From positions 1-64,000 of the forward strand of contig JAYTOU010000040.1 in the NCBI GenBank assembly GCA_043747615.1: a stretch of DNA of 64,000 nucleotides, given 5' to 3'. The translations under genes and the position numbers were made by a program. Every line of letters begins with the position of its first letter. Position 1 is the first letter of the stretch. Under the pieces are notes generated by a model that did not search any database, had not been told where the DNA came from, and saw only the letters and a program-made list of their open reading frames with translations. This DNA is from Myxococcales bacterium. Its GTDB lineage: Bacteria > Myxococcota_A > Polyangia > Polyangiales > Polyangiaceae. This document shows, in pieces, positions 28,119 to 38,056 of the stretch.

Positions 28119-29108
28119 ATGGGTTTCCCCGTCATTCGCCCCCGCCGGCTGCGCGTGAGCCCCGCCATGCGATCCCTCGTTCGCGAGACGGCCCTCGCGC
28201 CGAGCGATTTCATCCTCCCCCTCTTCTTCAATGCGGCGATCGACGAGGCCCGACCGATCGTCACGATGCCGGGAATCTTCCAGCTCCCTGTCCGCGCCGC
28301 TGCCGCCACGGCCAAGGAAATTGCCGCCCGTGGCATCGCGGGGGTCATGCTGTTCGGTCTCCCGAAGACGAAAGATCCGCGCGGAGAGAGCGGCTGCGAT
28401 CCCGACGGCCCCGTTCCTCGCGCGGTCGCCGACATGAAGAGCGCGGCTCCCGGCCTCGTGGTTATGACCGACGTCTGCGTCGACGAGTACACCGATCACG
28501 GGCACTGCGGAGTCCTGCGCAAGCGGCGCGACGGCGAGATGGAAGTCGACAACGACGCCACCCTCGAAATCCTCGCAAAAATGGCGGTCATGCACGCCAA
28601 CGCGGGAGCAGACGTCATCGCCCCGAGCGACATGATGGACGGGCGGGTCGGAAAAATTCGCGCGGCTCTCGACGATGCGAGCTGCGAGTCCACCGCCATC
28701 CTCAGCTACGCCGTGAAGTACGCTAGCGCCTTCTATGGTCCTTTCCGCGAGGCCGCCGATTGCGCGCCGAAGTTCGGCGATCGCGCCGGCTACCAGATGG
28801 ACCCAGGCAACGCGCGCGAGGCGCTGCGCGAAGCGGCGCTCGATGAAGCCGAAGGGGCCGACATGCTCATGGTGAAGCCCGCGCTCCCTTACCTCGATGT
28901 CGTGCGCGACGTGAGGAAGGCCACGAACCTCCCGCTCGCGGCGTACAACGTGTCGGGCGAGTACGCGATGCTCCACGCCGCGGCGGCCGCGGGCATGATT
29001 GATCTCGATCGCGCCATGATCGAGGTGCTCACCTCGATTCGCCGCGCCGGCGCCGACATGATCCTCACCTACCACGCGATGCGCGCCGCCGAGCTCCTCG
29101 GTGGCTGA
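28119..29108 (+). CDS. hemB: Porphobilinogen synthase (ALA dehydratase)
   Basis: RPRRLR, APSDMMDGRV, SYAVKYASAFYGPFREAA, MVKPALPYLD, AYNVSGEY. Confidence 0.97.
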   Translation: MGFPVIRPRRLRVSPAMRSLVRETALAPSDFILPLFFNAAIDEARPIVTMPGIFQLPVRAAAATAKEIAARGIAGVMLFGLPKTKDPRGESGCDPDGPVPRAVADMKSAAPGLVVMTDVCVDEYTDHGHCGVLRKRRDGEMEVDNDATLEILAKMAVMHANAGADVIAPSDMMDGRVGKIRAALDDASCESTAILSYAVKYASAFYGPFREAADCAPKFGDRAGYQMDPGNAREALREAALDEAEGADMLMVKPALPYLDVVRDVRKATNLPLAAYNVSGEYAMLHAAAAAGMIDLDRAMIEVLTSIRRAGADMILTYHAMRAAELLGG

Positions 29109-29655
29109 TCGCACGCTCATTCGCGCGGGAGCAGCCGTGGCGTTGGGAGCCGTGGCCCTCGCGAGCGCGTTTCTGCCGATCACCTCGGGCTGCCAGGGTC
29201 ATCAGTGCGACTACAGCGAGTCCGATTTCGGTGGCGGCGATTCGGGGCAAGGGCGCCTCATTCCGACCGATCCGAACACCTGGGAGACGACGCCGATCGA
29301 GGCGGAGTGGTTGCCCTATCCGCACGCCCACCGCACGAAGCTCTACGCCGACCAGCTCATCGGGCGCGAGATCATCGACATCCGCGTCTACATCAGCCCG
29401 GACCCGAAGCCGGCGAGCACGTTCCTTCCGGGCAATGGAATGTTTCGGGATCCGAACACGAATTTCACTACGGCGGCAGGGAACCTCGCGGTCATCAAAA
29501 CGTTCGGCACACAGATCTGGGTGGAGAACGGCACCTGCGCCGACTTTTACATGCGCGCGGTGATCACCGCCGCACCCGCCGTCCCCGTCGTCGACGCAGG
29601 AAGCGCGGACGCGCCGAGCGACGCACCCACCGACGCAGACGAAGGGGGCAATTGA
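29101..29655 (+). CDS. Hypothetical lipoprotein
   Basis: Signal ending [14 protein letters not shown] motif; coupled to hemB and ppa. Confidence 0.7.
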   Translation: MADRTLIRAGAAVALGAVALASAFLPITSGCQGHQCDYSESDFGGGDSGQGRLIPTDPNTWETTPIEAEWLPYPHAHRTKLYADQLIGREIIDIRVYISPDPKPASTFLPGNGMFRDPNTNFTTAAGNLAVIKTFGTQIWVENGTCADFYMRAVITAAPAVPVVDAGSADAPSDAPTDADEGGN

Positions 29656-29656
29656 G

Positions 29657-30190
29657 ATGACTCACCCGTGGCACGACATCGCGATTCCCGAGCCGCTCGA
29701 AGCGGGTTTTCCGTCCTTCATCGAGATCCCCAAAGGCTCGAAGGTGAAGTACGAGCTCGACAAAGAGACCGGCATGTTGAAGGTGGATCGCATCCTCTTC
29801 AGCGCCGTGCACTACCCCGCCAATTACGGCTTCATTCCCCGCACCTTCTGCGACGACGGCGATCCCCTCGACGTGCTCGTGCTCTGTCAGGAGTCGGTCG
29901 CCCCGATGTGCATCATGCGCGCGCGCGCCATCGGCATGATGCAGATGCGCGACGAGAAGGGGCTCGACGACAAGATCATCGCGGTCCACATGGACGACCC
30001 CGCGTACGAGCAATACACGCACATCAACCAGCTCCCGCCGCACTCGCTCCTCGAGCTCAAACGGTTCTTCGAAGACTACAAGACCCTCGAGCGAAAGACG
30101 GTGACCGTCTCCGACTTCGAAGGCCCCGACGTCGCCAACAAAGTCATCCGCGACGGCCTCGCCTGCTACCTCGCGCTCCCGAAAAAATAA
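29657..30190 (+). CDS. ppa: Inorganic pyrophosphatase (family I)
   Basis: [35 protein letters not shown]. Confidence 0.97.
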   Translation: MTHPWHDIAIPEPLEAGFPSFIEIPKGSKVKYELDKETGMLKVDRILFSAVHYPANYGFIPRTFCDDGDPLDVLVLCQESVAPMCIMRARAIGMMQMRDEKGLDDKIIAVHMDDPAYEQYTHINQLPPHSLLELKRFFEDYKTLERKTVTVSDFEGPDVANKVIRDGLACYLALPKK

Positions 30191-30193
30191 CGG

Positions 30194-30799
30194 CTACTTC
30201 ATGCACTGCTTCAGGCAGCTGCGGTAAGGCTTCTCGCACGCATCGCAGCTTCGCTTTGCTTGCTGCTCGCACGAGACCTTGCATCCCTTCCAGCTCACCG
30301 TGCACGCGTCGGTGCAATCGGCGAGCGGACCACGTGGCTCGGGGACGGTCACCGGCGGAGACGCAGGCGTACTTCCGCCGTCGAGTACGGGCGCGGAAGA
30401 GGCCCAGGTCGGCGCTGGCGAGACCGTGCTCGCGCCTTGCGACGTCTTCGGGGGCGAGGTGTACGCACTCGTCGGCGCGGGGGCCGACAGCTGGGTCTTC
30501 TCTCCTTCTTCGCCCGGAGCCGCGCCCATCATTGCTTCGTCGGTAGGCACCGCAGGCGCCCGGGTGAGCGCGCCATAACGATTGGCTGCATACTGCACGC
30601 GATCGCGCGTCTGCCCGTAGGTGTAGCGCTTCATCCAGTCGCGCCAGCAATCGCTTTTGTACTGCATGGCCACGTTGGGATCTTCTTCAAGCGCGTAGCA
30701 ATGCTCGAAGCGAGCGTCGCCCTCGTAGATGGCCTGAAAGCTAGGCCCACAGCCGAGCCCGAGCAGGACGAGAGCGATGAGGCTGGGAGCAAGTTTCAT
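30194..30799 (-). CDS. Cys-rich hypothetical lipoprotein
   Basis: MKLAPSLIALVLLGLGC lipobox; C-terminal CxxxC repeats. Confidence 0.75.
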   Translation of the reverse strand: MKLAPSLIALVLLGLGCGPSFQAIYEGDARFEHCYALEEDPNVAMQYKSDCWRDWMKRYTYGQTRDRVQYAANRYGALTRAPAVPTDEAMMGAAPGEEGEKTQLSAPAPTSAYTSPPKTSQGASTVSPAPTWASSAPVLDGGSTPASPPVTVPEPRGPLADCTDACTVSWKGCKVSCEQQAKRSCDACEKPYRSCLKQCMK

Positions 30800-30828
30800 C
30801 TCGGTTTGGATTGTAGTACGAAACACCT

Positions 30829-31482
30829 ATGTTTACCGGCCTCGTCGAAGAAAAAGGAGCCCTCATTGGTCGCGTCGTGCGGGGCCCCGGTGCGCGCCTC
30901 CGCGTGCGATCCGTGATGAAGGCGCTCGCCCTCGGTGAGTCTATTTGTGTCGACGGGGTGTGCCTCACGGTCGAGTCGGTCACCGGCGACGGCTTCGAGG
31001 TCGACGCCTCTTCGGAGACGCTGGCCCGAACGACGCTCGGCAAGACCGCGCTCGGCTCGGTGGTCAACCTCGAGCGCGCAACACCGCTCGGCGGGCGGAT
31101 GGGCGGGCACATCGTGACCGGTCACGTCGACGCCGTCGGCTTGTGCGTCCTGCGTGAGCCGGCAGGCGACTGGGTGAAGCTCGCCTTTGCCCACCCACCC
31201 GAGCTCGCGCGCTTCGTCGCAGAAAAAGGCTCGATCTGTGTCAACGGAATCAGCCTCACGGTAAACGCTGTGGGCGCCGATCGCTTCGAAGTGATGATCA
31301 TCCCCCACACCCTCGAAGCCACTTCGCTCGCCGCCCTCAAACCGACCGGGCCCGTGAACCTGGAGGTCGACATTCTCGCGCGCTACGTCCTGCGCGCCCG
31401 CGACGTCGACACCAACGACGGCGACCTCGCGCCGCGCCACGCAGATTGGATGGCACTCCTTCAGCGCGCGGGTTACGTGTAG
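30829..31482 (+). CDS. ribE: Riboflavin synthase (alpha chain)
   Basis: MFTGLVEE, GESICVDGVCLTV, VNLERA, GGHIVTGHVD. Confidence 0.97.
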   Translation: MFTGLVEEKGALIGRVVRGPGARLRVRSVMKALALGESICVDGVCLTVESVTGDGFEVDASSETLARTTLGKTALGSVVNLERATPLGGRMGGHIVTGHVDAVGLCVLREPAGDWVKLAFAHPPELARFVAEKGSICVNGISLTVNAVGADRFEVMIIPHTLEATSLAALKPTGPVNLEVDILARYVLRARDVDTNDGDLAPRHADWMALLQRAGYV

Positions 31483-31488
31483 TTCCAA

Positions 31489-32643
31489 ATGACCGGCCTC
31501 ATCGACATCGATCCAAAGCTTCTCGAGCGGGTAAAGCTCGCCATCGCCGAGACGCGCGCCGGCCGCATGGTCGTCCTCGTGGACGACGAAGACCGAGAAA
31601 ACGAAGGCGATTTGTGCATGGCCGCGCAGTTCGCCACGACCGAGTCGATCAACTTCATGGCCACCCACGGCCGCGGCCTCATCTGCGTCACCCTCACCGA
31701 GGAGCAGATCGATCGCCTCGGCCTTCCGATGATGCAGAGCCCTGGTCGCGGCGCCCCGCCCCTCGGTACCGCCTTCACGTTGAGCATCGAAGCCCGCGCC
31801 GGCGTCACCACCGGAATCAGCGCCGCCGATCGCGCCGTCACCACCCGGCTCGCGGCAAGCCCCGAGTGCAAACCGGAAGATCTCGTCACCCCCGGCCACG
31901 TCTTCCCGCTGAAGGCCCGGAACGGCGGCGTCCTCGTGCGCACCGGTCAGACCGAAGGCTCGGTCGATCTCGCGCGCCTGGCCGGCCTCACGCCCGCGGG
32001 AGTGATCTGCGAGATCATGAACGAGGATGGCTCGATGGCCCGCATGCCCGACCTCGAGCTCTTCTCGAAGAAGCACGGCCTGCCGATCGTCACCATCGCC
32101 GACCTCATTCAGTACCGGCTGCAGACCGAGCGCTTGGTGAAACGCGTCGGCGAGGAGTCCATCGTCCTCGATTCCACGCAGACCGCGTGGAAGGCGATCG
32201 CCTACGAATCGTCCACCGAAGGGCGGCAAATCCTGGCTTTCGTGAAGGGCGACATCCGCGGGGAGCCGCCGCCGCTCTGCCGCATGCACTCCGGATCGAT
32301 CCTGGGGGACACGTTCGCGTCGACGCCGCGCGACGGCGGAAGAAATCTGCGCGAAGCCATCGGGCTCATCGAGGCCGAGGGGCGCGGGGTGGTGGTCTAC
32401 CTGCCGCCGCGCGGCAACGTGCAATCCGAGCTTGCCCACTACAGTCCTACGTTCAAGCCTCCGCCGGCCGACGGCGAGCCACCGCTGCGCGAGTACGGGC
32501 TCGGCGCGCAGGTGCTCTTCGACTTAGACCTCCACAAGATCCGGCTCCTCTCCAACAATCCGCGTAAGATCGCCGGCATTCGCGGCTACGGCCTGGATGT
32601 CGTCGAACACGTCGCCCTGTACTCGATGTCCACCCCGAACTAG
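31489..32643 (+). CDS. ribB: DHBP synthase fused to a degenerate GTP cyclohydrolase II domain (RibBX-type)
   Basis: DDEDRENEGD, TTGISAADR, PGHVFPL, GQTEGSVDL; the C-terminal domain lacks the Zn-binding cysteines. Confidence 0.93.
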   Translation: MTGLIDIDPKLLERVKLAIAETRAGRMVVLVDDEDRENEGDLCMAAQFATTESINFMATHGRGLICVTLTEEQIDRLGLPMMQSPGRGAPPLGTAFTLSIEARAGVTTGISAADRAVTTRLAASPECKPEDLVTPGHVFPLKARNGGVLVRTGQTEGSVDLARLAGLTPAGVICEIMNEDGSMARMPDLELFSKKHGLPIVTIADLIQYRLQTERLVKRVGEESIVLDSTQTAWKAIAYESSTEGRQILAFVKGDIRGEPPPLCRMHSGSILGDTFASTPRDGGRNLREAIGLIEAEGRGVVVYLPPRGNVQSELAHYSPTFKPPPADGEPPLREYGLGAQVLFDLDLHKIRLLSNNPRKIAGIRGYGLDVVEHVALYSMSTPN

Positions 32644-32655
32644 GAACTCTTTTTC

Positions 32656-33150
<495 letters not shown>

Positions 33151-33170
33151 AGAGAGCGCGCGTAAACGTC

Positions 33171-33593
33171 ATGGGCGCACGTCACTCAGGCCGCGAGGCG
33201 GCGCTCCAGATGCTCTTCCAAATGGAGGCGTCAGGGGGCGCCGCCGCCGACATCATCAAGCTCTATTGGCGCTACTTCGAGGGCGAGCCAGAGGGGCGCG
33301 CGTACGCGGACGAGGCGGTGATCGGAGTGGCTGGGTCGCTCGAAACGCTCGACAAGCGCATCACCGAAGCCTCCGCACACTGGCGCATCGAGCGCATGGC
33401 GCGCGTCGATCGCAACCTCCTTCGCCTCGGCGCCTGGGAGCTCGAAAACCGCTCCGACGTGCCGCGCGCGGTAATCCTCGACGAAGCCGTCGAGCTCGCA
33501 AAGTCTTTCGGCACCGAAGATTCAAGCGCATTCGTAAACGGCGTCCTCGACCGCATTGCCGAAGGACTCGGCCGAAAGGACTTCGATCGATGA
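33171..33593 (+). CDS. nusB: Transcription antitermination factor NusB
   Basis: REAALQMLFQ, WRIERMARVDRNLLR, EAVELAKSFG, FVNGVLD. Confidence 0.96.
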   Translation: MGARHSGREAALQMLFQMEASGGAAADIIKLYWRYFEGEPEGRAYADEAVIGVAGSLETLDKRITEASAHWRIERMARVDRNLLRLGAWELENRSDVPRAVILDEAVELAKSFGTEDSSAFVNGVLDRIAEGLGRKDFDR

Positions 33594-34438
33594 AGCTTCG
33601 CTCTGTCGTCTTTCCCTTGGCTCTCTCCATCCCGTTCGCGGGGAGCGCAGCCGGCTGCTCCCTCGACGCCCACGGCATCGCGCCCACCGTCGACGCGTCC
33701 ACCGTCGACGCGTCCACCGCCGACGTGATCACCAAGCCGGAGGGTGGCCCCCTTCAGACGAACTGGTGCGCCACCATCGGCGCCGGTCACGATTTTTGCG
33801 CCGACTTCGACGCGTCACTCAAAGGCACGGAGCCAGGCGCCTGGTGCAATGGCGTCACCACGGGCACGTGCAACTCGATCGAGAACGGCGGCACGCTCAC
33901 GCTCGACACCACAGCGTCGACGTCGCCACCGGCCTCCGCGAACGCGACAACGATGGCGGGCGGCGGTGCAGCCAAGGCCCTTCTCACGCGGGAATTTCCG
34001 GGTGATCTGCACCCGCTCAGCCTGGCCTTCAACGCGCGGGTGGACGCTGCGGCCGCCGGCAAAACGGCCATCGCCGGCATCACGCTCGAGAACGTCGATG
34101 GCAATCCGCATCAGGTCGCCCTCCTCGCTGCTGCCAGTGCGACCGACGCCGGAGCGGGCGTCACGCTCAGCGTCGTCGAGGTGCCGCTCGGCGGATTGAC
34201 GCGCACCACTCCGCTTTCCCTCACCCTGCCGCTCAACACGTTTGCGCGTGTAGAGGTCCGCGTAGGGATCGCTCCGAACACCGTGACCGTGATCGTCAAC
34301 GGCGTAGCTTCGAGCCCGGTGACGATCGACGCGCCCGGGAGCGCCACGGGCCGCACGGTGCAGGTCGGTCTCGACTCGACTCCGGCCGCGGCTTGGCAGC
34401 TTCACTTCGACGACGTCACCTTCGACTTCACCAAGTAA
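33590..34438 (+). CDS. Hypothetical lipoprotein, beta-sandwich-like
   Basis: ATG overlaps the nusB stop; signal ending AAGC; FCADFD and HFDDVTF motifs. Confidence 0.75.
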   Translation: MKLRSVVFPLALSIPFAGSAAGCSLDAHGIAPTVDASTVDASTADVITKPEGGPLQTNWCATIGAGHDFCADFDASLKGTEPGAWCNGVTTGTCNSIENGGTLTLDTTASTSPPASANATTMAGGGAAKALLTREFPGDLHPLSLAFNARVDAAAAGKTAIAGITLENVDGNPHQVALLAAASATDAGAGVTLSVVEVPLGGLTRTTPLSLTLPLNTFARVEVRVGIAPNTVTVIVNGVASSPVTIDAPGSATGRTVQVGLDSTPAAAWQLHFDDVTFDFTK

Positions 34439-34956
34439 TGGATCTGAATTTCGTCGCGCCGGATCTTCGCAAGCTCGACGAGACGAGCGCCGAGCTCTTG
34501 GCGTGCCCGGTGTGGCGCGAGGAGCGGCCGATGCGTGGCCTCGCCGGTCTCCTCGATTGGCGTCTCGCGGGGCGTCTCAGCCGCTTGCAACGCGAGGACT
34601 ACTTGAAGGGCGACCTCGGAGAGGTGCTCTGCATCCCCGGTCGCCCCCGCCTCCCCTTCGATAAAGTGCTTATTTTCGGCCTCGGATCGCGCACCACCTT
34701 CGGAGAGGCCACCTTCCGCCAGGTCGTTACTCATCTTCTTCACACGCTCGAGGGGCTCCACGTGCGGCGGGCCGTCGTCCAGCTGCCGGGGCGCATCGAC
34801 GGGCAGGTTTCTGCCGAGGACGCTGCGGCCATCCTTCTCGAATGCATCGGAGACTCTCCAGCTCATGACGCGTGGTGGATCGTCGAAGGCGCCGAAGCGG
34901 GCAAGCTGATGATGAAGCGCGCCGTCGACGAACAGCGCCGCGCTCGGAGAGCGTGA
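34438..34956 (+). CDS. Stand-alone M17 aminopeptidase N-terminal-domain protein
   Basis: ERPMRGLAGLLDWRLAGRLSRL, GDLGEVL, KVLIFGLG; no catalytic domain. Confidence 0.75.
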   Translation: MDLNFVAPDLRKLDETSAELLACPVWREERPMRGLAGLLDWRLAGRLSRLQREDYLKGDLGEVLCIPGRPRLPFDKVLIFGLGSRTTFGEATFRQVVTHLLHTLEGLHVRRAVVQLPGRIDGQVSAEDAAAILLECIGDSPAHDAWWIVEGAEAGKLMMKRAVDEQRRARRA

Positions 34957-35808
34957 GTGGAAATAGGCATGTTGGATGTCGAGGTTGGTCGGGAAGGACC
35001 GCCCCCGAGGGACGCAGCAACGCTCATCGTCGTCCGCGATGGCGGCGATGGGATCGAAGTATTCTGTGTAGAGCGCAATAAAAAATCACGCTTTTTGGGC
35101 GGCGCCATCGTGTTTCCCGGCGGCAAGCTCGACGAGGCCGATCGGGATCCCGCGTGGCGCGCGCACACGACGGAGACCGACGACGAGACCTTCCGCGCCC
35201 TCGGTGTGACGGCGTGCCGCGAGGCGCTCGAGGAAGCGGCGATCCTGCCGGTGACCGATGGCTCGATGACGCACGACGAGCTCCTCGCTCTTCGGACGCG
35301 CCTCGCCGCGAGCGAAATCACGCTCCTTTCGTTTCTTGCCGAGCGTTCGTTGCGGCTCGACCTTGCCGGGCTCCACCCGTTCGCGCGCTGGCTGACTCCG
35401 CTCGTGGAGTCACGCCGCTACGACACCCGATTTTTTTTGACCGTCGCGCCCTCCGGTCAGATCGGCGCGCACGACGATTTCGAGACGATGTCGAGCTTCT
35501 GGGCCGCGCCGCAAAAATTGATCGCGCGCTTCCTCGCCGGCGAAGTCCAGCTCGCCCCTCCAACGCACCGCACCCTGGAATTCCTAGGTCGGTTCGCGCT
35601 CGTCGCCGACGCCATCGCCGCCACCCGCGCCGCCTCCCTCGAGGTCATCTGCCCAGTTCTCGTCCCTCACAAAGACAAGAGCGGCGAAGAGACCATGGCC
35701 CTCGTCCTCCCCGGCGATCCCGAGCACGCGGTGAAGGAGTGCCGCGTCGTCGGTCGCACTCGCTATGTGCTCCGATCGGGCCGCTGGCTTCCGGAAGATC
35801 CGCCTTAG
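34957..35808 (+). CDS. NUDIX hydrolase (NUDT19-like)
   Basis: PRDAATLIV, VFPGGKLD, REALEEA, RWLTP..RRYDTRFF. Confidence 0.88.
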   Translation: MEIGMLDVEVGREGPPPRDAATLIVVRDGGDGIEVFCVERNKKSRFLGGAIVFPGGKLDEADRDPAWRAHTTETDDETFRALGVTACREALEEAAILPVTDGSMTHDELLALRTRLAASEITLLSFLAERSLRLDLAGLHPFARWLTPLVESRRYDTRFFLTVAPSGQIGAHDDFETMSSFWAAPQKLIARFLAGEVQLAPPTHRTLEFLGRFALVADAIAATRAASLEVICPVLVPHKDKSGEETMALVLPGDPEHAVKECRVVGRTRYVLRSGRWLPEDPP

Positions 35809-37568
35809 CGGCCTTCGCGGTAAGCGACGATCGCGTTGACGACGCCGTCGGCCATGCGCTGCTTGTAGTCTTCGCTACCGAGCGCTTGCTCCTCGACGAC
35901 GTTGGAGATGTAACTCGTCTCGAACAGAGCGCTCGGCATTCGCGCGCCGACGAGAACGTAGAAGCCGGCGGTGTGCACGCCGCCATCGTGCGACTGCGGA
36001 TACTGCCCGCGGATCGAGGCCATGCTCGCCCGCTGGAGTAGCTCGGCGAACCGGGTGGAGCGCGTCGCTTGATCGGCCATCCGAAGGCTCGCCAGGATGG
36101 ATCCAATCTCGGCAGTCGCTGCTTGGCTCGTGGCGTTTTCCCGCGCTGCGACCCGGGAAGCGATTTGATCACTGGTGGTATCGAGGACGTAGGTTTCCAC
36201 CCCGTGACGCGCGCGATTCTCCGCGGCGTTGCAGTGAATCGAAATGAAGAGGTCGGCGGCGGAGGCGTTGGCCCGCGCCGTGCGCTCCTCGAGAGCCACG
36301 AAGCGATCGTCGTCGCGCGTGAAGAGGACGGAGATCCCCTCCTTTGCGAGCACCGGCGCGATCTTGTGGACGATGGCGAGGGTTACGTCTTTCTCCTGCA
36401 CGCCGGACGGGCCGATCGCACCGGGGTCGCTGCCGCCGTGGCCCGCGTCGAGGGCTACCTTGGTAACCGTGCGGCGCCCCGCCGCTTGCGGCTGCCCGGG
36501 AGGATGGCGCGCGACGTCGATGACGATGCGGTACGGCTCGACGAGGTGAAAAACCCTTCGAAACGCCTGTCCGTCGAGGTCGAGTGACACGCGCGCGCCG
36601 GTCGTCGTGGCTTCGGTCGTGACCCGCGTGAGGATCCCAGAGGCGATCGCTTCGTGCGGTGCGGCGCCGAGCTCCACGCCGTCGAGCTCGACGAAGGTCC
36701 TCGCCGTTCGCCCCCCTGCGCCTGCTTCGTCACCGGTGCGAAAATGGGCAGGCTTGCTGAGGATGACGACCACCCTCGCCGATTCTTTTCCAGACCACTG
36801 CTCGACCCCCACGACGCGCGCGCTCTCCTGAACCACGCTGCTCGCGTCGGCCAGCGAGGCAACCGAGAGCGCTCCCTCCCCCGCGAGCCCAACGTCGATC
36901 GCCGCGAGCACCGCGGCCGGCGGACGAAAGGCGGTCAGCCGCGTAAGCGCATCTTCGATCCCACGCACGCACGGATCGCTCGACGGGATCATTCCCGCAT
37001 CCCTCTTCGGATCCTTGTAAGCGACGAACCGGCGCTGCGCGCGGTAAAGCTCCTTGTATGTGGCGCTTGCATCGCGCGCGAGCTCGCCTTGGATCTTCGC
37101 GGCCTCGATGGCCGACGCGCACGCTCCGGGGCCGTTCGGATCGCGCGCCGCCGCCCGAAATATGTCGACCGCCTCTTTCCCATCCTGCTCACGACCTTCG
37201 ATGCGCCAGACCCGCGCATGCAGGGACGCGGCGATGGTGTGAAGCTCCGACGCACGCGCCCCGGCCCCTTCGCGCTCGGCAGCGGCCTCGACCGACTGCG
37301 CGAGAGAGAGCACCTCCGCCCGCGGAGGGAGCGTCGTCTCCGGATCGAGAAGAGAGCGCGCGCGAGAAGCCTCGCTTGGCCCGGCATCTTTGTCGGACGA
37401 GACGCTCGAACCGCACGCGGATCCCCAAGCGCACCCCCAGGAAAGCGCGACCACCGAGAGAAAGGCCGATAGGCGACGAGCGTTCGTCGGGGTACTCTCG
37501 GCTAGGTATTTTTTTCTCGTTCGACCGCTCGTCAAGAGGTGCCCCGTGCCCGACTCCAGCGCCCCCAT
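35805..37568 (-). CDS. amiC: N-acetylmuramoyl-L-alanine amidase (Amidase_3 with AMIN-like domain)
   Basis: LDAGHGGSDPGA, EKDVTL, FISIHCNA, GVETY, FYVLVGARMPSALFE. True start probably somewhat downstream of the ORF-track start. Confidence 0.9.
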   Translation of the reverse strand: MGALESGTGHLLTSGRTRKKYLAESTPTNARRLSAFLSVVALSWGCAWGSACGSSVSSDKDAGPSEASRARSLLDPETTLPPRAEVLSLAQSVEAAAEREGAGARASELHTIAASLHARVWRIEGREQDGKEAVDIFRAAARDPNGPGACASAIEAAKIQGELARDASATYKELYRAQRRFVAYKDPKRDAGMIPSSDPCVRGIEDALTRLTAFRPPAAVLAAIDVGLAGEGALSVASLADASSVVQESARVVGVEQWSGKESARVVVILSKPAHFRTGDEAGAGGRTARTFVELDGVELGAAPHEAIASGILTRVTTEATTTGARVSLDLDGQAFRRVFHLVEPYRIVIDVARHPPGQPQAAGRRTVTKVALDAGHGGSDPGAIGPSGVQEKDVTLAIVHKIAPVLAKEGISVLFTRDDDRFVALEERTARANASAADLFISIHCNAAENRARHGVETYVLDTTSDQIASRVAARENATSQAATAEIGSILASLRMADQATRSTRFAELLQRASMASIRGQYPQSHDGGVHTAGFYVLVGARMPSALFETSYISNVVEEQALGSEDYKQRMADGVVNAIVAYREGR

Positions 37569-38007
37569 CTATTCGGACCGCGCATCCGGCCAAGTGTTTC
37601 CGGATGCACGCGCCATGGTCAATGAATACCTGAAACGATTCGCCGCGCGGGCGGGCACGAATCTCGATCTTCTTGACGAGGCTGGATACACGCAGGTCAA
37701 GAAGGGCTCGGCAAACGTTGGGATCAACGTCCTCGACGATCACGGCGTACTCCTCTTTCTCGCGCCCGTCATGCCGGTGCCGAACGCCGGACGAGAAACG
37801 CTCTACCGCCGTCTTCTCGAGCTCTCGTTCATCACCACGAGCGACGCGGCCTTCGCCATCGACGCCCAAAAAGACGAGGTCTTCGTGCGCGCCCTCCGTC
37901 GCCTCTCGGGCCTCGACTACGAAGAGTTCGAGGACTTGCTCGACACCGTTGGCAAAGTTGCCGACGAGTGGGACGACGCCCTCAAAAAAGAGTTCGGCCA
38001 GGCCTGA
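37546..38007 (+). CDS. CesT/YbjN-like (type III secretion chaperone fold) protein
   Basis: LYRRLLELSF..AAFAID..LDYEEFEDLL; GTG 37546 with AAGAGG SD. Confidence 0.7.
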   Translation: MPDSSAPIYSDRASGQVFPDARAMVNEYLKRFAARAGTNLDLLDEAGYTQVKKGSANVGINVLDDHGVLLFLAPVMPVPNAGRETLYRRLLELSFITTSDAAFAIDAQKDEVFVRALRRLSGLDYEEFEDLLDTVGKVADEWDDALKKEFGQA

Positions 38008-38056
38008 CCTCGGCGCATTTGGCGCGTATTGGGGGGGGTGGTAGAATGAAGCAGTT

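Noticed and set aside
33685..33725. 15-bp tandem repeat (CCACCGTCGACGCGT)
   Set aside because: It encodes an ordinary STVDA low-complexity linker in a lipoprotein.
37546..38007. Type III secretion system implied by the CesT-like gene
   Set aside because: There are no T3SS structural genes nearby, and the YbjN/CesT fold often occurs alone.
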